Shown piece by piece: positions 22,150 to 34,737 of a stretch of 43,566 nt of DNA. The notes below the pieces were generated by a model. The model saw only the letters and a list, made by a program, of their open reading frames with translations, did not search any database and had not been told where the DNA came from. Each line of letters opens with the position of its first letter. Within the stretch, counting starts at the first letter, position 1. Source of the DNA: Prorocentrum cordatum. Lineage: Eukaryota. The stretch lies in contig CAUYUJ010000237.1 in NCBI GenBank assembly GCA_963575745.1, positions 620,001 to 663,566 of the forward strand, written 5' to 3'. A program made the position numbers and the translations under genes.

Positions 22150-22352
22150 CCACTCCTGCTTCCGCAACTCCTCCTCGTCTGGCCACCGAGCGTGTCGGTA
22201 GGTTGGGCCCGTGATTTCGCCTTCGATTTCTTTGTCACGCATGGCCCTGAAGCTTGAGATTCCCAACGTTTGTGAGGACGGCGAGCGGGTCGTTATCAAA
22301 AGGGAGCTCTCGCCTCAGCTCCGCGCGCAATTGCTGAAAAATGTTTGCAGCA
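22150..22352 (-). repeat. Reverse-orientation 3' fragment of the composite element
   Basis: Reverse complement reads GCGCGGAGCTGAGGCGAGAGCTCCCTTTTGATAACGACCCGC...AAGCTTCAG...GGCGAAATCACGGGCCCAACCTACCGACACG...GAGGAGTT, matching the last 83-bp unit and the tail. Confidence 0.65.
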
Positions 22353-22384
22353 GTTACAGGTATTTAGGCCAGCGTGGACCCCAA

Positions 22385-24264
22385 GCAATGTGATCTCTAG
22401 CCAGATCTGTTGTGCACTATCTGTGGGACACTGTATGTGGAACGATCTAGGTGGTGCAATATAGGTTATGCGACATATATTGTTTCACCTGTGTTGTGCA
22501 ACATATGTTGTGCAGGATTCGTGGGCGAGTCTATTTGGTGCAATGTATGCGGTGCAGTTCACTTGCCGAACCTGAAGTTGTCAATTCCACTGCTCGCGCA
22601 ATCATCCCACCCACCCACAAGCAACTTGGTTTGCAAAACCAATGCGGGACAGAGCACAGATATCGCTCTGGGGTCGTCTTGGAGCCCTCGGGGGCGTCTC
22701 AAGAGTGCCCCAAGAAGGCCGGAGAAGCAAGACGGCCGACGACGCCGACGACGACGACGACGACGACGGCGGCGACGACGACGACGACGCCGACGACGAC
22801 GACGACGAAGACGACGACGCCGACGCCGACGACGACGACGAAGACGACGACGACGTCGCCAACGAAGACGACGACGAGGGAGGAGGGAGGACGACGGCGA
22901 CAACGACGACAACGACGACAACGAGGGAGGAGGGAGGACGGCGGCGACGACGCGAACGATGAAGAAGGAGGAAGGACGGCGACGCCGACGACGACAACGA
23001 CAAGGGAGGAGGGAAGACGACGACGAGACGACGACGACAACGACGACGACGACGGCGACGAAATAGGAGGGACGACGACGAGACGCCGACGACGGACGAC
23101 GACGACGACGAGGGAGGAGGAGGAAGGACGACCACGGCGACAACGACGACGGAAACGACCACGACGCCAAAGAGGACGACGACGACGAACACGAGGAAAG
23201 ACAGAGGACGACGTAGGCGACGACGACGACGACGCGGGAGGAGGGAGGACGGCGACGACGACGACGCAAGAGCGCGCGCGCACGCTTTTGTTGAATCTCC
23301 GTGTTGCGAAGCCTTGTGTTTTTGTAGGTTTTTTGGACGCGCGATTTTGAAATCCTTCCGAAACCCATGGGTTTTGAAGGATTTCGGCGTACGCGCACGA
23401 CGACGCGCGCGTCTGCACTTCGTCAAATTTTTTGCAGTGGATTCTCGCGACGGCACACGCGCAAGGGCGTTCGACAGATTTCGACATGCGCGCGCGCGAC
23501 GCCCGTTTGGTAGCATGTTGAGAAAATCTTGAAAAACCATGGTTTTCTTAAGATTTCGCAAGAGCTCGCGCGTAAGTTTTTTTAGCAAATCAGTGTTGCG
23601 AAACCCTGTGTGTTTTTGTATGTTTTTTTTTGGAACTCGATTGCGAAATCCTTCCGGCACCGAAGGTTTTTGAAGGATTTCGGCATGCGCGCGCGACGAC
23701 ACGCGCGTGTGCATTTCGTCCGGTTTTTTTTGCCAGGGATTCGTGAACAAGTGCCATGTTTTGAGCAACAAATGTCACCGCATAGTGTTTTTTACAAGGG
23801 AACTTCAGGGGGGGAACCCGGTTGGCTTGGGACATGTGATTTCATATTTAAGATGGACATGTGGTCATACTCATATTTGGTTTACGTACCCGAAAGGGGG
23901 GGCGATAACGCCAGGGGGGTGGGGTAGAGTCTATTCTCTTTTAAGAAGAAAGGAGAATCTATGTGGCGCAACTGGTTTTTACCCGTGATTTGACACATCC
24001 CACGCTCTTGCAAACATCCCACCCACCCATCCGCAACTTGGTTTGCAAAACCTCTTAAGACCGACTATGACGACACCGACGACAACGACTACGACGACAC
24101 CGACGACGTCTCCAACGACTTCGACGACGCCGACAACGACTACGACGACGACACCGACGACGACGACGACGCCGACGCCGACGACGACGACGATGACAAC
24201 GACGACGACGATGACGACGCCGACGACGACGACAACGACGACACCGACGACGACGACGACGTCA

Positions 24265-24301
<37 letters not shown>

Positions 24302-27075
24302 CGGCGACGACGACGACGCCGACGTCGACGACGACGAAGACGACGACGACGCCGACGCCGACGACGACGACGAAGACGACGACAACGTCGCCAACGAAGT
24401 CGACGACGAGGAGGAGGGAGGACGACGGCGACAACGACGACAACGACGACAACGACGAGGGAGGAGGGAGGACGGCGACGACGCGAACGACGAAGAAGGA
24501 GGAAGGACGGCGACGCCGACGACGACAACGACGAGGGAGGAGGGAAGACGACGACGACAACGACGACGACGACGACGACGGCGACGAAATAGGAGGGACG
24601 ACGACGACACGCCGACGACGGACGACGACGACGACGACGACGAGGGAGGAAGAGGAAGGACGACCACGGCGACAACGACGACGGAAACGACCACGACGCC
24701 AAACAGGACGACGACGACGAGCACGAGGAAAGACAGAGGACGACGTAGGCGACGACGACGACGACGCGGGAGGAGGGAGGACGGCGACGACGACGACGAC
24801 GACGCAAGAGCGCGCGCGCACGCTTTTGTTGAATATCCGTGTTGCGAAGCCTTGTGTTTTTGTAGGTTTTGTTGGACGCGCGATTTTGAAATCCTTCCGA
24901 AACCCATGGGTTTCGAAGGATTTCGGCGTACGCGCGCGACGACGCGCGCGTCTGCACTTCGTCAAATTTTTTGCAGAGGATTCTCGCGACGGCACGCGCG
25001 CAAGGGCGTTCGACAGATTTCGACATACGCGCGCGCGACGCTCGTTTGGTAGCATGTTGTGAAAATCTTGAAAAACCAATGGTTTCCTTAAGATTTCGCA
25101 AGAGCTCGCGCGTAAGCTTTTTTAGCAAATCAGTGTTGCGAAAGCCTGTGTGTTTTTGTATGTTTTTTTGAAACTCGATTGCGAAATCCTTCCGGCACCG
25201 AAGATTTTTGAAGGATCTCGGCATGCGTGCGCGACGACGCGCGCGTGTGCACTTCGTGCAGTTTTTTTGCAAGGGATTCGTGACAAAGTCTTATGCTAGA
25301 ACAAACAATGTCCCCGCGTATCGTTTTTTACAAGGGAACCTTAGGGGGAGCGATACCGGTTCCCATGGGATAGTGCAAATTCATATTTAGGATGGACATG
25401 TGGTCATAATCATAGTTGATTTACATATCCGAAAGGGGGGCGGCGAACGCTGGGGGGGGTGTAGAGTCTATTCTCTTTTCAGAAAGGAGAACCAACATTA
25501 TTGTGCAATCTATGTGCTGCAATCGTCGTGATGCAATCTTTCTGGTACGCAACAATGTATATGTTTATATATGGTGCAGGCTATGTGGTGCAATCTGTGT
25601 TGTGCAGTCGTTGTGTGCGATCTACGATGTGCAATGCACCAACGCTCAACATAAAGTTGTCCACCCCACTGCTCCCGCAAACATCCCACCCACCCACCCG
25701 CAAGTTGGTTTGCAAACCCCATGCGGAAACGATTGCGATGAGTGCTTGGTGTTGGCTGGTGCATTTTTGCGACCGCGCTAGCCAGCGCATGCTCGCGCGC
25801 GCAGCGGCCAGCTAGTTTAGCGCGACCGACGCGAACACGGTGGCGCTGACCGCTCGGCACATCCCAGCGGGCACTTCAGTGCGAGTCGGTGACTTGGCGG
25901 GCGCGGTATCACGGCAACGCCGACAACGGTAGACAGCATGATGATAGTAGCGATGCTGGAAACGATGCTGACAGCGACGACGGGGCAGCCAGTAACACTG
26001 CAGCGAAGACGCCGGCGACGATGACGGCGTCTTCGCGTCGGTGATGAAGGTTTTGGAAGGAATTTGAAATGCGCGAGCGGCAGACGCGCGAGAGTGGCTC
26101 GCATGGTATCATTTGACACGGATCGTGCCACCCAAGAGCGCGCGCAAGGGCGTTCGAACGATTTCGACATGCGCGCGCGCGCAGCCCATTTGATAGCATT
26201 TTATGAACAGGTTGAAACAGCTGTGGTTTCTGCGCGCGCGCTTTTGTTGAAAATCCGTGTTGCGAAATGTGTTTTCCACCACAATTACTGTTTGGACACT
26301 CGATTTTGACATCCTTCCGAAGCCGAAGTTTTCTTTTGTTGTTTCAAAAAGGATTTCGGCTTTCGCGCGCGACGACGCGCGCGTGTGCACTTCGTATTTT
26401 TTTGCAAGGGGTTCTTGAAAACTTCTGGTTTTGATGAACCAGTGCGCGCGCATAGTTTTTTTGCCAAGGAACCGAGGGGCGGCCTAGCTGGGATAGTATG
26501 CATTCACAGGTAGGATGGACATTGGGTCCCAATCATATGTGTTTTGCATCGGTTCCCGGTGAGTGAATAAGTCCGGGGGGGGAGGGTGGTAGAACTTATT
26601 TTTTAGGAACGAGAGTTGACTACCCTGCACCGCGCTTGACCACCTGCATCGATCGCGCAAACATCCCACCCACCCACCCGCAAATTGGTTTCCAAACCCC
26701 ATGCGGAAGCAATTGCGATGCATGCTCGGCGTTGGCTGGTGCATCTCTGCGGCCGCGCCGACCCTAGCGCGCGCGCAGCGGCCAGCTAGTTTGGCGCCAC
26801 CGACGCGGCAGCGGCGGCGCTGACCGCTGGGCGCATCCCTGCGGGCACTTCACTGCGAGTCGGTGACTTGCGCGGGCGCGGTCTCATGGCAACGCTGGCT
26901 ACGGTAGACGCGATGATGATAGTGGCGATGCTGGCGACGATGTTCGCATCGACGAAAGCGCGGCCAGCGCGGGCGCCGATACTGATCGCGCCGAGGACGG
27001 TGACGGCGTCCTGGCGTCGGTGATGGAGGTTTTGGAAAGAGTTCGGTATGTGTGCGCGGCCGACGCGCGAGAGTG
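22385..27075. repeat. Macro-tandem of composite 1-1.7 kb units (3 plus a partial)
   Basis: Anchor ATCCCACCCACCC...TTGGTTT.CAAA at 22604, 24016, 25683, 26663. Shared (GAC)n block, ~293-bp subrepeat (CAAGAGC.CGCGCG at 23267/23559 and 24805/25099) and ~20-bp TGTGGTGCAAT minisatellite (22400-22560, 25500-25640). Confidence 0.92.
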
Positions 27076-27309
27076 AACCCCAGCCTCCCCCTCAGAAGTC
27101 GTGGGGGGTAGGGGTAGGGTTCGCATCTGGCCCCCTATATCCGCTTTCTTCTTTGCAGACGTCAGTGCAGGGCCGGCAAAAGCGTCGGTGTATGGTGTTT
27201 GGTTCCCCAGACTCGAGGGGAGGCTGCAGGCAGGGCGGGGGAGAGCCGGCGAGGACACGATCGAGGAGCAGGGGGAGCAATCTGGGAGGGTTAGGATTCG
27301 GATCGACGT

Positions 27310-27317
<8 letters not shown>

Positions 27318-27340
<23 letters not shown>

Positions 27341-29010
27341 GAGGAGGAGGAGGAGGAGGAGGAGGAGGAGGAGGAGGAACATCAGCGCGAGGATCGTGCA
27401 GGAGGAGCGATGATGAGGTGGTCGAGGAGGAGGAGGAGGAGGAGGAGGAGGAGGAGGAGGAGGAGGAGGAGGAGGAGGAGGAGAGGAGGAGGAAGAGGAG
27501 GAGGAGGATGACGATGACAATAATGGTGATGATGACGATGATGACGATGATGATGATTATGATGATGATGAGGAGGAAATGCAGATGTTCGAGAGGAGGA
27601 TGAGAAGGAGGAGGAGGAGGAGAGGATCCTGGAGGAGCAGTATCGATGAGGACGAGGCAGGATGGTAATAATCGATTAGTGACGAAGAGTTGGATCGATG
27701 AGGGCGAGTCAGACAGGATGATGCTAATCATCGATGGGGGCGAGGTAAGGTGACGACGACGCCGACGCAGACGCCGAATAGGAGGAAAGGAGGGCTATGG
27801 GATGTAGAGGGGGGGAGCAGACGGATAACGCGAGGAGGAAGATAATCGAGTGGGAAAATGTGAAAGACAGGATCGAGAAGGAAGATTGATGAGGACGAAG
27901 AATGAGGATGAAGCAGGCAGAGGAGGCGGAGGGATTGACGATCCCGATGAAAAGTCAGCCATCAGGTGTCCGCCTTCGGTGCCGGCATGTGCTGTGCATT
28001 GGAAGGCGCGGGTGTTTGGGTGCATCGTTTCCATCTTGCCTCTATTTCCCCGTCAGTGTTCTCGCCGTCCTCTTTCCAGACATCATCTTTGTCCCGAGCC
28101 TCGGCCTCACGATATTTCTCTTTCTTCTTCATCGGCGCTGGTCCTCCTCTCTCTATGCCTCATCCTTCCAGCTTCTAGTGTCTCTCCTCCGTCCTCCTGC
28201 TGGCTACCCTCACCCTTTTCCTCCAGCGTGGGGCCGTGGAGGAGGAGGAGGAGGAGGAGGAGGAGGAGGAGGAGGAGGAGGAGGAGGAGGAGCAGGAGGG
28301 GGAGGAGGAGCAGGAGGAGGAGGACGAGGATGAGGAGGAGTCGGAGGAAGAGGAGGAGGAGGAGGAGGAGGAGGAGGAGGAGGGAGGCGGAGGAGCAGGA
28401 GGGGAGGGGAGGGAGGAGGCGTAGGAGGAGGAGGAGGAGGAGGAGGTGGAGGAGGAGGAGGGAAGGACGAGGATGATGATGAGGAGGAGGAGGAGGAGGA
28501 GAAGGAGGAGGAGGAGGAGAAGGAGGCGGAGGAGCAGGAGGAGGAGGAGGAGGAGGAGGAGTAGGAGGAGGAGGAGGAGGAGGAGGAGGAGGAGGAGGAG
28601 GAGGAGGAGGAGAGCAGGAGCAGGCCTGAGCAGGGAGAGAAGGTGGGTCAGTCACGGCCAGAGCCTCTTGCTTAGCGTGTCGCACCGCTGGCTCTGCCTC
28701 GCCACGCCCCTGGCGCGAGACGCCAACCGGGTCCCCGTGCCCGTGCGTCGGCGTCCCGCTCCTTTCCCGGGGCCACCGCCGCGAGGCGCTGAGCAGAAGC
28801 TCCTGACCGCGAGCCAGCACACTGACATCCTCTCATCCTCGTTCTCATTCCCCTCCTCCCTTCCCTCGAGGCCGCCGTGGCGTCGGCGTCCTCGTCTTCC
28901 TCATCCTCCTCATCCTCCTCATCCTCCCCTCCTCCTCCTCTCCTCCTCCTCTTCCCCTCCTCTTCCTCTCCTCCTCCTCCTCTTTTCCTCTCCCCCTCCT
29001 CCCCCTCCTC
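27318..29010. repeat. (GAG)n, (GAT)n and (CCT)n tracts with purine/pyrimidine-skewed spacers
   Basis: 27318-27620, 28238-28612, 28890-29010. Confidence 0.9.
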
Positions 29011-29509
29011 ACATTTTGCCTCCTCACACTCGCTAGTCTGCATCACCTTCACCAGCCCGTCCCTCTGCTCGTCTGTTTCCTCCTCCGTTCCGTCCGTTTC
29101 ATCATCCGCCTCGCTCTTCCTCCTCACCGTCCTTCCCCAGGTTATCCACGCCGTCTTCCCAGTCCTCTCCATCGTTTGTTCCTCCTTTCTCCTATTGCAC
29201 TCGCTCCCTCCCCTCGCCACCCGTTGCCATTCATGTTCAAAGTTTTCCGTCTCCATCCTTTTGCTCTCGTTTCCTTCTCTCTTTCCCCAGTTCCTCCTTA
29301 CTCCCCCTCCTCCTTTGCCTGCTCCTGCTCTCTCCCCTCCCTTGCCCTCCCCTTCCCTCCTTCGCTACTGCCACCTTCCCTTCCTCCCCTTCCCTCCCTC
29401 GTGCCTGTTTATCCTCCTGCCAGCGAGCGCCCACCAAAAAGCATCCCTCCTCCTCCCCTCCCCCTCGCCCGAGCAGCGGAGGGCGATGAGGAGTATAGGG
29501 AGAGGGGAG

Positions 29510-30330
29510 CCACTGGGAACCCAAGACGCATCAAGGATGTGGCAGTAAACACTCCATCCAGGTTCCCTCTTCGCAAGCAAAAACATAAAGCACAGAAAAA
29601 ACAGCTCCCTCTTTGCAAGTCCCTGCAAGAGAGCGTTTCCATTGCGGGGAATGCCTCAGTGAAAGACAGCCATCAGAGAATCCTCTATCGTGTCAAAGAA
29701 CAGTTCTTGGGACTTCAGCGCAGCGAATCAGCGTGATTGTTCCGTCCTGACACTCCTAAGCCTTGCCAGAACACCGTTCCTGTGACTTCAGCACCGCGAG
29801 TCAGCGTGACTGTTGCGTCATGGCAGTCCTACGTCGCACCAGAACGTCATTCCTGGGACTTCAGCCCCACGAACCCGTGAACCTGACGTAAACGTTTAAG
29901 ACGCATGTGCGCGGCGCTAGGGCGAGAGCCAGAAGTTGAAGATGAGCCGCCCTTCATCGTTAAATGTGCTGCAAGCGTTTAGGAGGAATGTGCGCGGCGC
30001 TATGGCGGTACCCACATGCTTACAAGGGACTGCTCTCCATCCTTGAAGCTATTGAAAGGTCGTTTTAAACGAGTGTTCTCGGCGCTAGGACGAGAGCCAT
30101 GTTTTGAAACAGACCCGCCCTCCATCTTCGAAGCGGTTGGAAGCTTTCGAAGCGAATGCGCGCGAAGCCAAGGCGAGAGCCACATCTTGAAAAGGAACCG
30201 CCCTCCGTCCTTGAAGCTGCTGCAACGTCTAAGCTCCAGGATCCCACATGGTGAGAAAGTCTCAGGCGAAGCGCCCGGCCCGCCCTACGGACACGACGGG
30301 GGGTGCGGCGTGGAGGAGTTATCTAAAGAT
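29510..30330 (+). mobile_element. Full, diverged copy of the composite 73/83-bp-array element
   Basis: Head CCACTGGGAACCCAAGACGCATCAAGGATGTGG. 73-bp units at 29709, 29782, 29855; 83-85-bp units at 29901, 29984, 30069, 30152. Tail followed by (GAG)n. Confidence 0.75.
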
Positions 30331-30339
30331 GAGAGGGGG

Positions 30340-30890
30340 ATGAGGAAGAGGAAGAGGAGGAGGAGGAGGAGGAGGAGGAGGAGGAGGAGGAGGAGGAGGA
30401 GGAGGAGGAGGAGGAGGAGGGGGGAGGAGACGGATGGGGGAAGGACGAGGAGGAGGAGGAGGAGACGGAGGAGGAGGAGGAGGGTTCCTCCTCTCCCCCC
30501 TCTCCCCCCTCGGCCCTGCCCCTTCTCCCCCCTCCACTTCCCTGCCAGGGTGTGCCGACGAGCTCTGCCAGCCCGCCCCCGCGGGCCCCGAGCCGGCGGA
30601 TCTCGGCGCAGGCGCCGTCTCCAGAGGACCCCATCGCGGGTGGGAAAGCAGGGAGGAGGAGGAGGAGGGGAAGGACGAGGATGAGGAGGAGGAGAAGGAG
30701 GGGAAGGACGAGGAATGAGGAGGAGGAGGAGAAGGAGCGAGGAGGAGGAGGAGGAGGAGGAGGAGGGGGAGGAAGGAGGAGGAGGAGGAGGAGGAGGGGA
30801 GGAGGAGGGGAGGAGGGGAGGAGGTGGAGGAGGTGGAGGAGGAGGAGGAGGAGGAGAAGGAGGAGGAGGAGGAGGAGGAGGAGGAGGAGA
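30340..30890. repeat. (GAG)n tracts
   Basis: Direct reading. Confidence 0.95.
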
Positions 30891-32760
30891 TGCGATGAGA
30901 GCGCAGCGGGAGCGAGTCGGGCGGACCGACGCGCCTCGCCCTCGCGCGCAAGCGCGGGAAGGCCTCCAGCCTCAGGCGGGGACACGCGCCGCTGGTCCCG
31001 CCCGCCGCCACCCGAGGAGAGCTCTCCACTCGGGCTGAGGTGCTCGCGGCCCGAGGATGACTCTTCACTCGGGAACGGGCGCAGCCGCCCGCGGCGGCCA
31101 GCAGCGCTCGGACCTCCTCGTCGAAGGTCAGATCTTTTCTCGACTGAGGCGCCCCGAGGAGCGGGCCACGGCATCTGGTAGCAGACGGTCCACCACCACG
31201 CTGCGGCGCCCCGAGGAGCGGGCCACTGCCGCAGAAGTGCGCCACCTGCTTGGTCGCGAGCTCCTCAGCGTCGAACGCCAGGTCACCTCCCCCACAATTC
31301 ATCACAGGCTGTGGGCAACTGTGTGGACGCGCACATGTGTCCTGGGGAGCCGCTCCCAACGGGACTGGCTCCCCTGGACTGCTCCTCAACCTGGCAGCTC
31401 GCAAGCCAGCGGGTGCCCCTGCCCTCGCTTGCTGACCTGCGCCACGCTGCCTCGCTGTCCTCCTGGTGGCGGCCTGAGAACCAGCGGGTGCTACTGGCCT
31501 CGCTTGCTGGTCCTCGCTGCCCCTCAGGAGTTCGGGTCGTACAAAGACGCAATCGGCTGGCAGACCGCCCGCTGGTGACGAGCTCGACGCGCAGGAGGTG
31601 GCCGTCCCTCCCCTGCCCACCTCGCGGCCAGCCCCCCTCTGGGCGGCCTGCGGGGAGCGTTCGGGCACCTCCCCCTCACCGTCAGGACTCCACACCACCG
31701 CAGCTTCACTGCTGTCCATCGCCCGGCTGCTGCCAGCAGCGTCGAGCAAGAGGCGCACCTTGTTAGCAAAGGACAGCGGCCTCCTAGCTGCCACCTCGTA
31801 GAGCTGGCTGCGCGGCTGCTGCGTCTCACGGGATTCGTTCACCACAGGCACATCACCACCATCGTCACGGACATGCCGAGCGGGATCTTTTCCCGCGTCA
31901 AGCCTCTGGGCAGCGTGGCAACCATCACTTGGCACAGGGTACGTGGAGCTCGCCAACAGTACCCTGCCCCGCGCGCTGTTTACCACACGGGTGCACCTGG
32001 GGGCAGGTCTGAGCAAAACCTTCGGCGACTGAGCCCAGCCCCTCGCGCTGTTTGCCTCATGGGTGCACTTGGAGGCTGGGGCTTGCGTTCTAACACCTGC
32101 TGCCTCATGCTCCGTGGCGGCAGGGGCCTTGGCGAGCTCCAGATTAGGCCGATCTCCATCACGGACCGACCCGCAGCCCCCACCGTCCGTCCATGCCCAG
32201 GCTTTAGATGAAGAGAATGTCCCCAGTCCAGAGGGATGCACATCTCTGGCCACCTGGGGGAGTACTTGTCCAGCGCCAGGGTCAGCGGCAGCAGCCAGAG
32301 GACCAGTCTCCGCAACTCCTTTTCCTCCCTTGGCGACGCGCGGGACGGCCCCACGACTGGAGCAAACCGTATCACCTGCTGCCTCATGCTCCGTGATGGC
32401 AGGGGCTTTGGCGGGAGCCGCTTTGGGATCGGCGGTTCGCGCGGGGTTGGGCCGATCTCCCTCGCGGATCGACCCGCCGCCGCCACCATCCGTGCATGCA
32501 CCATTGGCCTCCGATGAAGTAGCCGTCCCCAGCCCAGAGGAATGCACCTCTCCGGCCACCGGGGGAAAATACTGGTCCAGCAACAGGGACAGCAGCAACA
32601 GCCAGAGGACCAGGCTCGGCAGCTCCTCCCCATCCATCGCCGACGCGCGAGGCGGCCCTGCGACTGGGGCATACCGCGCCAGCACGCTTGGCCACCCGCC
32701 CTTCGGACTCGCGCGCGTCGGGGGGGTCGCTTGGCCCTGGCGGCCGAGTGCAGCACCAGA
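30890..32760 (-). pseudogene. Putative decayed coding region, in frame downstream of the LINE knuckles; function unknown
   Basis: Part of ORF 30319..33117. Internal duplication offsets of 57, 72, 279, 303 and 306 bp are all multiples of 3. Recurring peptide LSFANKVRLLLDAAG / LTFDEEVRALLAAAG. Confidence 0.4.
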
Positions 32761-33127
32761 GAAACAGCCTTGCCCCCCTCCTCCTTCCTGGCAGCTTCGA
32801 GGGCCACGCTCCTCGACTAATATCCTCTTCAGGCAGCACTTGCCGCAGCGCGAAGGCAACCCGCGACACGCGGCCCGAAGGCCCCTGCCCAGGAGGCGCC
32901 CCGCTGCCGCTGCAAACAAGCCGCAGCCTTCGCAGAGCCGCATGCCCACGCCCCGGTGGAGCCTCCTCCTGCGCGGGGGGGGGTGCGGGCTGCCGCTGCC
33001 GAGGTGGACGGCGCCGCCGGCGAGCCGCCGCACGCCGTCGCCTGCCACCCGCATGCCGGGGCAGGGAGAGAGAAGAGCCAGGACGCACGAGTGGAGTGCG
33101 ATGTTGAGCAGCGACAATCAAGGGCAT

Positions 33128-33294
33128 AAAGAACGCCCCTACCCTGGTTTACGAGGCGCTGTGCGCAGAGACTCCTGTGGGCTGACAGGGTAAACCCTGC
33201 GTGATGTGCCGCGTTCTGGCGGCTCTAGGCTTTGGGGGTTCCCAGGAGGTTTACAGACCATGCACTTGTAACCCAGGGTAGGGTCGTTTTTTTT
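33128..33294. mobile_element. 167-bp MITE with ~25-bp TIRs and 3-bp TSD CAT, inserted in the LINE
   Basis: CAT|AAAGAACGCCCCTACCCTGGTTTAC...GTAACCCAGGGTAGGGTCGTTTTTTTT|CAT. Removal joins CKRCLEGCP* in frame to ORF 30319..33117. Confidence 0.85.
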
Positions 33295-33685
33295 CATCCC
33301 TCAAGACAACGCTTGCAACCTCCACTGTCGTCCAGCTCGTGCGGGTAACTGAAGGCTGCAGCGGCCTTGGTGGCAGGGGGGGCTCGCCGAACCCCTCCTC
33401 TGGCCGCGCTGCTCCCTGGGCTGCCTCCCTTCGGCTTCGATGGCGTCCAGCGTGGCGCGGAGGATCCCCCGCCTGGCCAGGAGAGCGCCCCTCTCGTTGA
33501 CGATGACCCTGGCGCGGTCCGCCGCCGTCGTCCTCACCCCCTCGGCAGCCTGGCCAGCGAAGATGCCGGCGACGGCGCTGCCGATGACTAGCCACGTGGC
33601 AACCCCTCGGGATGCAGCCTCGGCCATTTCCAAATGCGAGCGTGCGCGGGCGACCACAGACTCGCCCCTGGGCCTCGCCCGAAAT

Positions 33686-33835
33686 TCAGGGGGGAAACAC
33701 ACACAGACACAATTCATCGTCGATTCCCAGGAAAGTATGGGAAAGTATGGGAAGTGGGGGGGAAGACAAAAGCCCAGAACTTATGGGAACATATGGGGGA
33801 TCCTGTTATTTGTGTGTATTTATTTGTATGTCCTG
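33686..33835. other. ~150-bp lower-GC insertion in the LINE RNase H
   Basis: Separates ADPWLELASACL from PRGESVVARARSH. Loose CAGG...CCTG ends, internal (T)ATGGGAA repeats, boundaries approximate, no TSD seen. Confidence 0.6.
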
Positions 33836-34041
33836 GGGCCCCTTCAGACATGCACTGGCCAACTCGAGCCAGGGATCGGCGCCCTCGCCGTGCGTGCGGC
33901 TGCTGGTCGCGCCTCCTCCACCAGCCTTCGCAGGGCGCCAGGGTTGTCGGACGCGAAACGAGCAGGGCCAATGGACCCCTGCGCAGCAAGCGGCAATGCC
34001 CGCAGCTCGCCTCGATGCACCGTCTGCAGTGGCCCTGCGAG

Positions 34042-34150
34042 CCTCCTCCTCCTCCTCCTCGACTCCTCGTCGACTCCTCCTCGACTTCTCCTCGACTCGT
34101 CCTCCTCCTCCTCCTCCTCCTCCTCCTCCTCCTCCTCCTCCTCCTCCTCC
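34042..34150. repeat. 109-bp (CTC/GAG)n tract inserted in the RNase H coding sequence
   Basis: Removal gives in-frame AFGG-LAGPLQTVHRGEL. Interior has four TCGACT-containing 11-bp variants. Confidence 0.85.
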
Positions 34151-34606
34151 CCCACCGAACGCGGCCCGCACCATGGCGCCGTCGCATGCCCGAACGGGGG
34201 CCACTGCAAGGCCAACCCTCCTGAGCAGGGGCGAGCTGTCCTCAGGACCACCACTGGGGCGCCGCCGAAGGGGACGAGCGGCGCGGCGGCGGCGCCAACT
34301 CCAAGCGTCCCAGGGCAGAGGGCCCCGCGCTGCAGGCCTGTCTCCAGCGTCCAGCAGTCGATGTCGCTGGGCGGGTCCACTGCCGTCCACGCCGATGGGG
34401 TGACCCCGCGCAGCCAGAATACCGCGTGGGCCTCGTGGTCAGCAGAGGCGCGCGGGATGAGGAAGTCGCTGTCCTCGTGGGCCTTGCTGCCGCTATTGCA
34501 GGGACAGCCCCAGCCTGTGACAGGCTGTCTCGTCCTCAAGTTTGCAGCGCGGGCATAGCCCACACTCGCTGGGGCCGAAGGCCTCTCTCCTGCGGCCACG
34601 GAGCCA

Positions 34607-34737
34607 CTTGGCATCGCTCGGACGTGTGCATTTTTCCTTCGGCGAGGACCATCAAGGAGCATCCTTGACAATTTGCCGAAACAACCACGCACGAAACTGA
34701 CAAAAGCACAGGGAATGGACGTCCGAGCGATGGCCAG
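34607..34737. mobile_element. 131-bp MITE family D copy 2, 4-bp TSD GCCA, inserted in the LINE
   Basis: GCCA|CTTGGCATCGCTCGGACGT...ACGTCCGAGCGATGGCCAG|GCCA. Removal gives in-frame GGPWLRGRRREAFGPSECGLCPRC. Confidence 0.92.

Noticed and set aside
24043..25062. Mucin-like Thr-rich ORF
   Set aside because: (GAC/ACG)n inside the macro-tandem; no signal peptide, and the neighbouring unit does not keep the frame.
25804..25818. CAGCTAG|T as a Helitron 3' end
   Set aside because: Homology with the copy at about 26778 continues past CTAG, so it is not a terminus.
27103..27302. GGGGTAGGGGTAGGGTT and GGGTTAGG as telomeric repeats
   Set aside because: Only one to three imperfect units.
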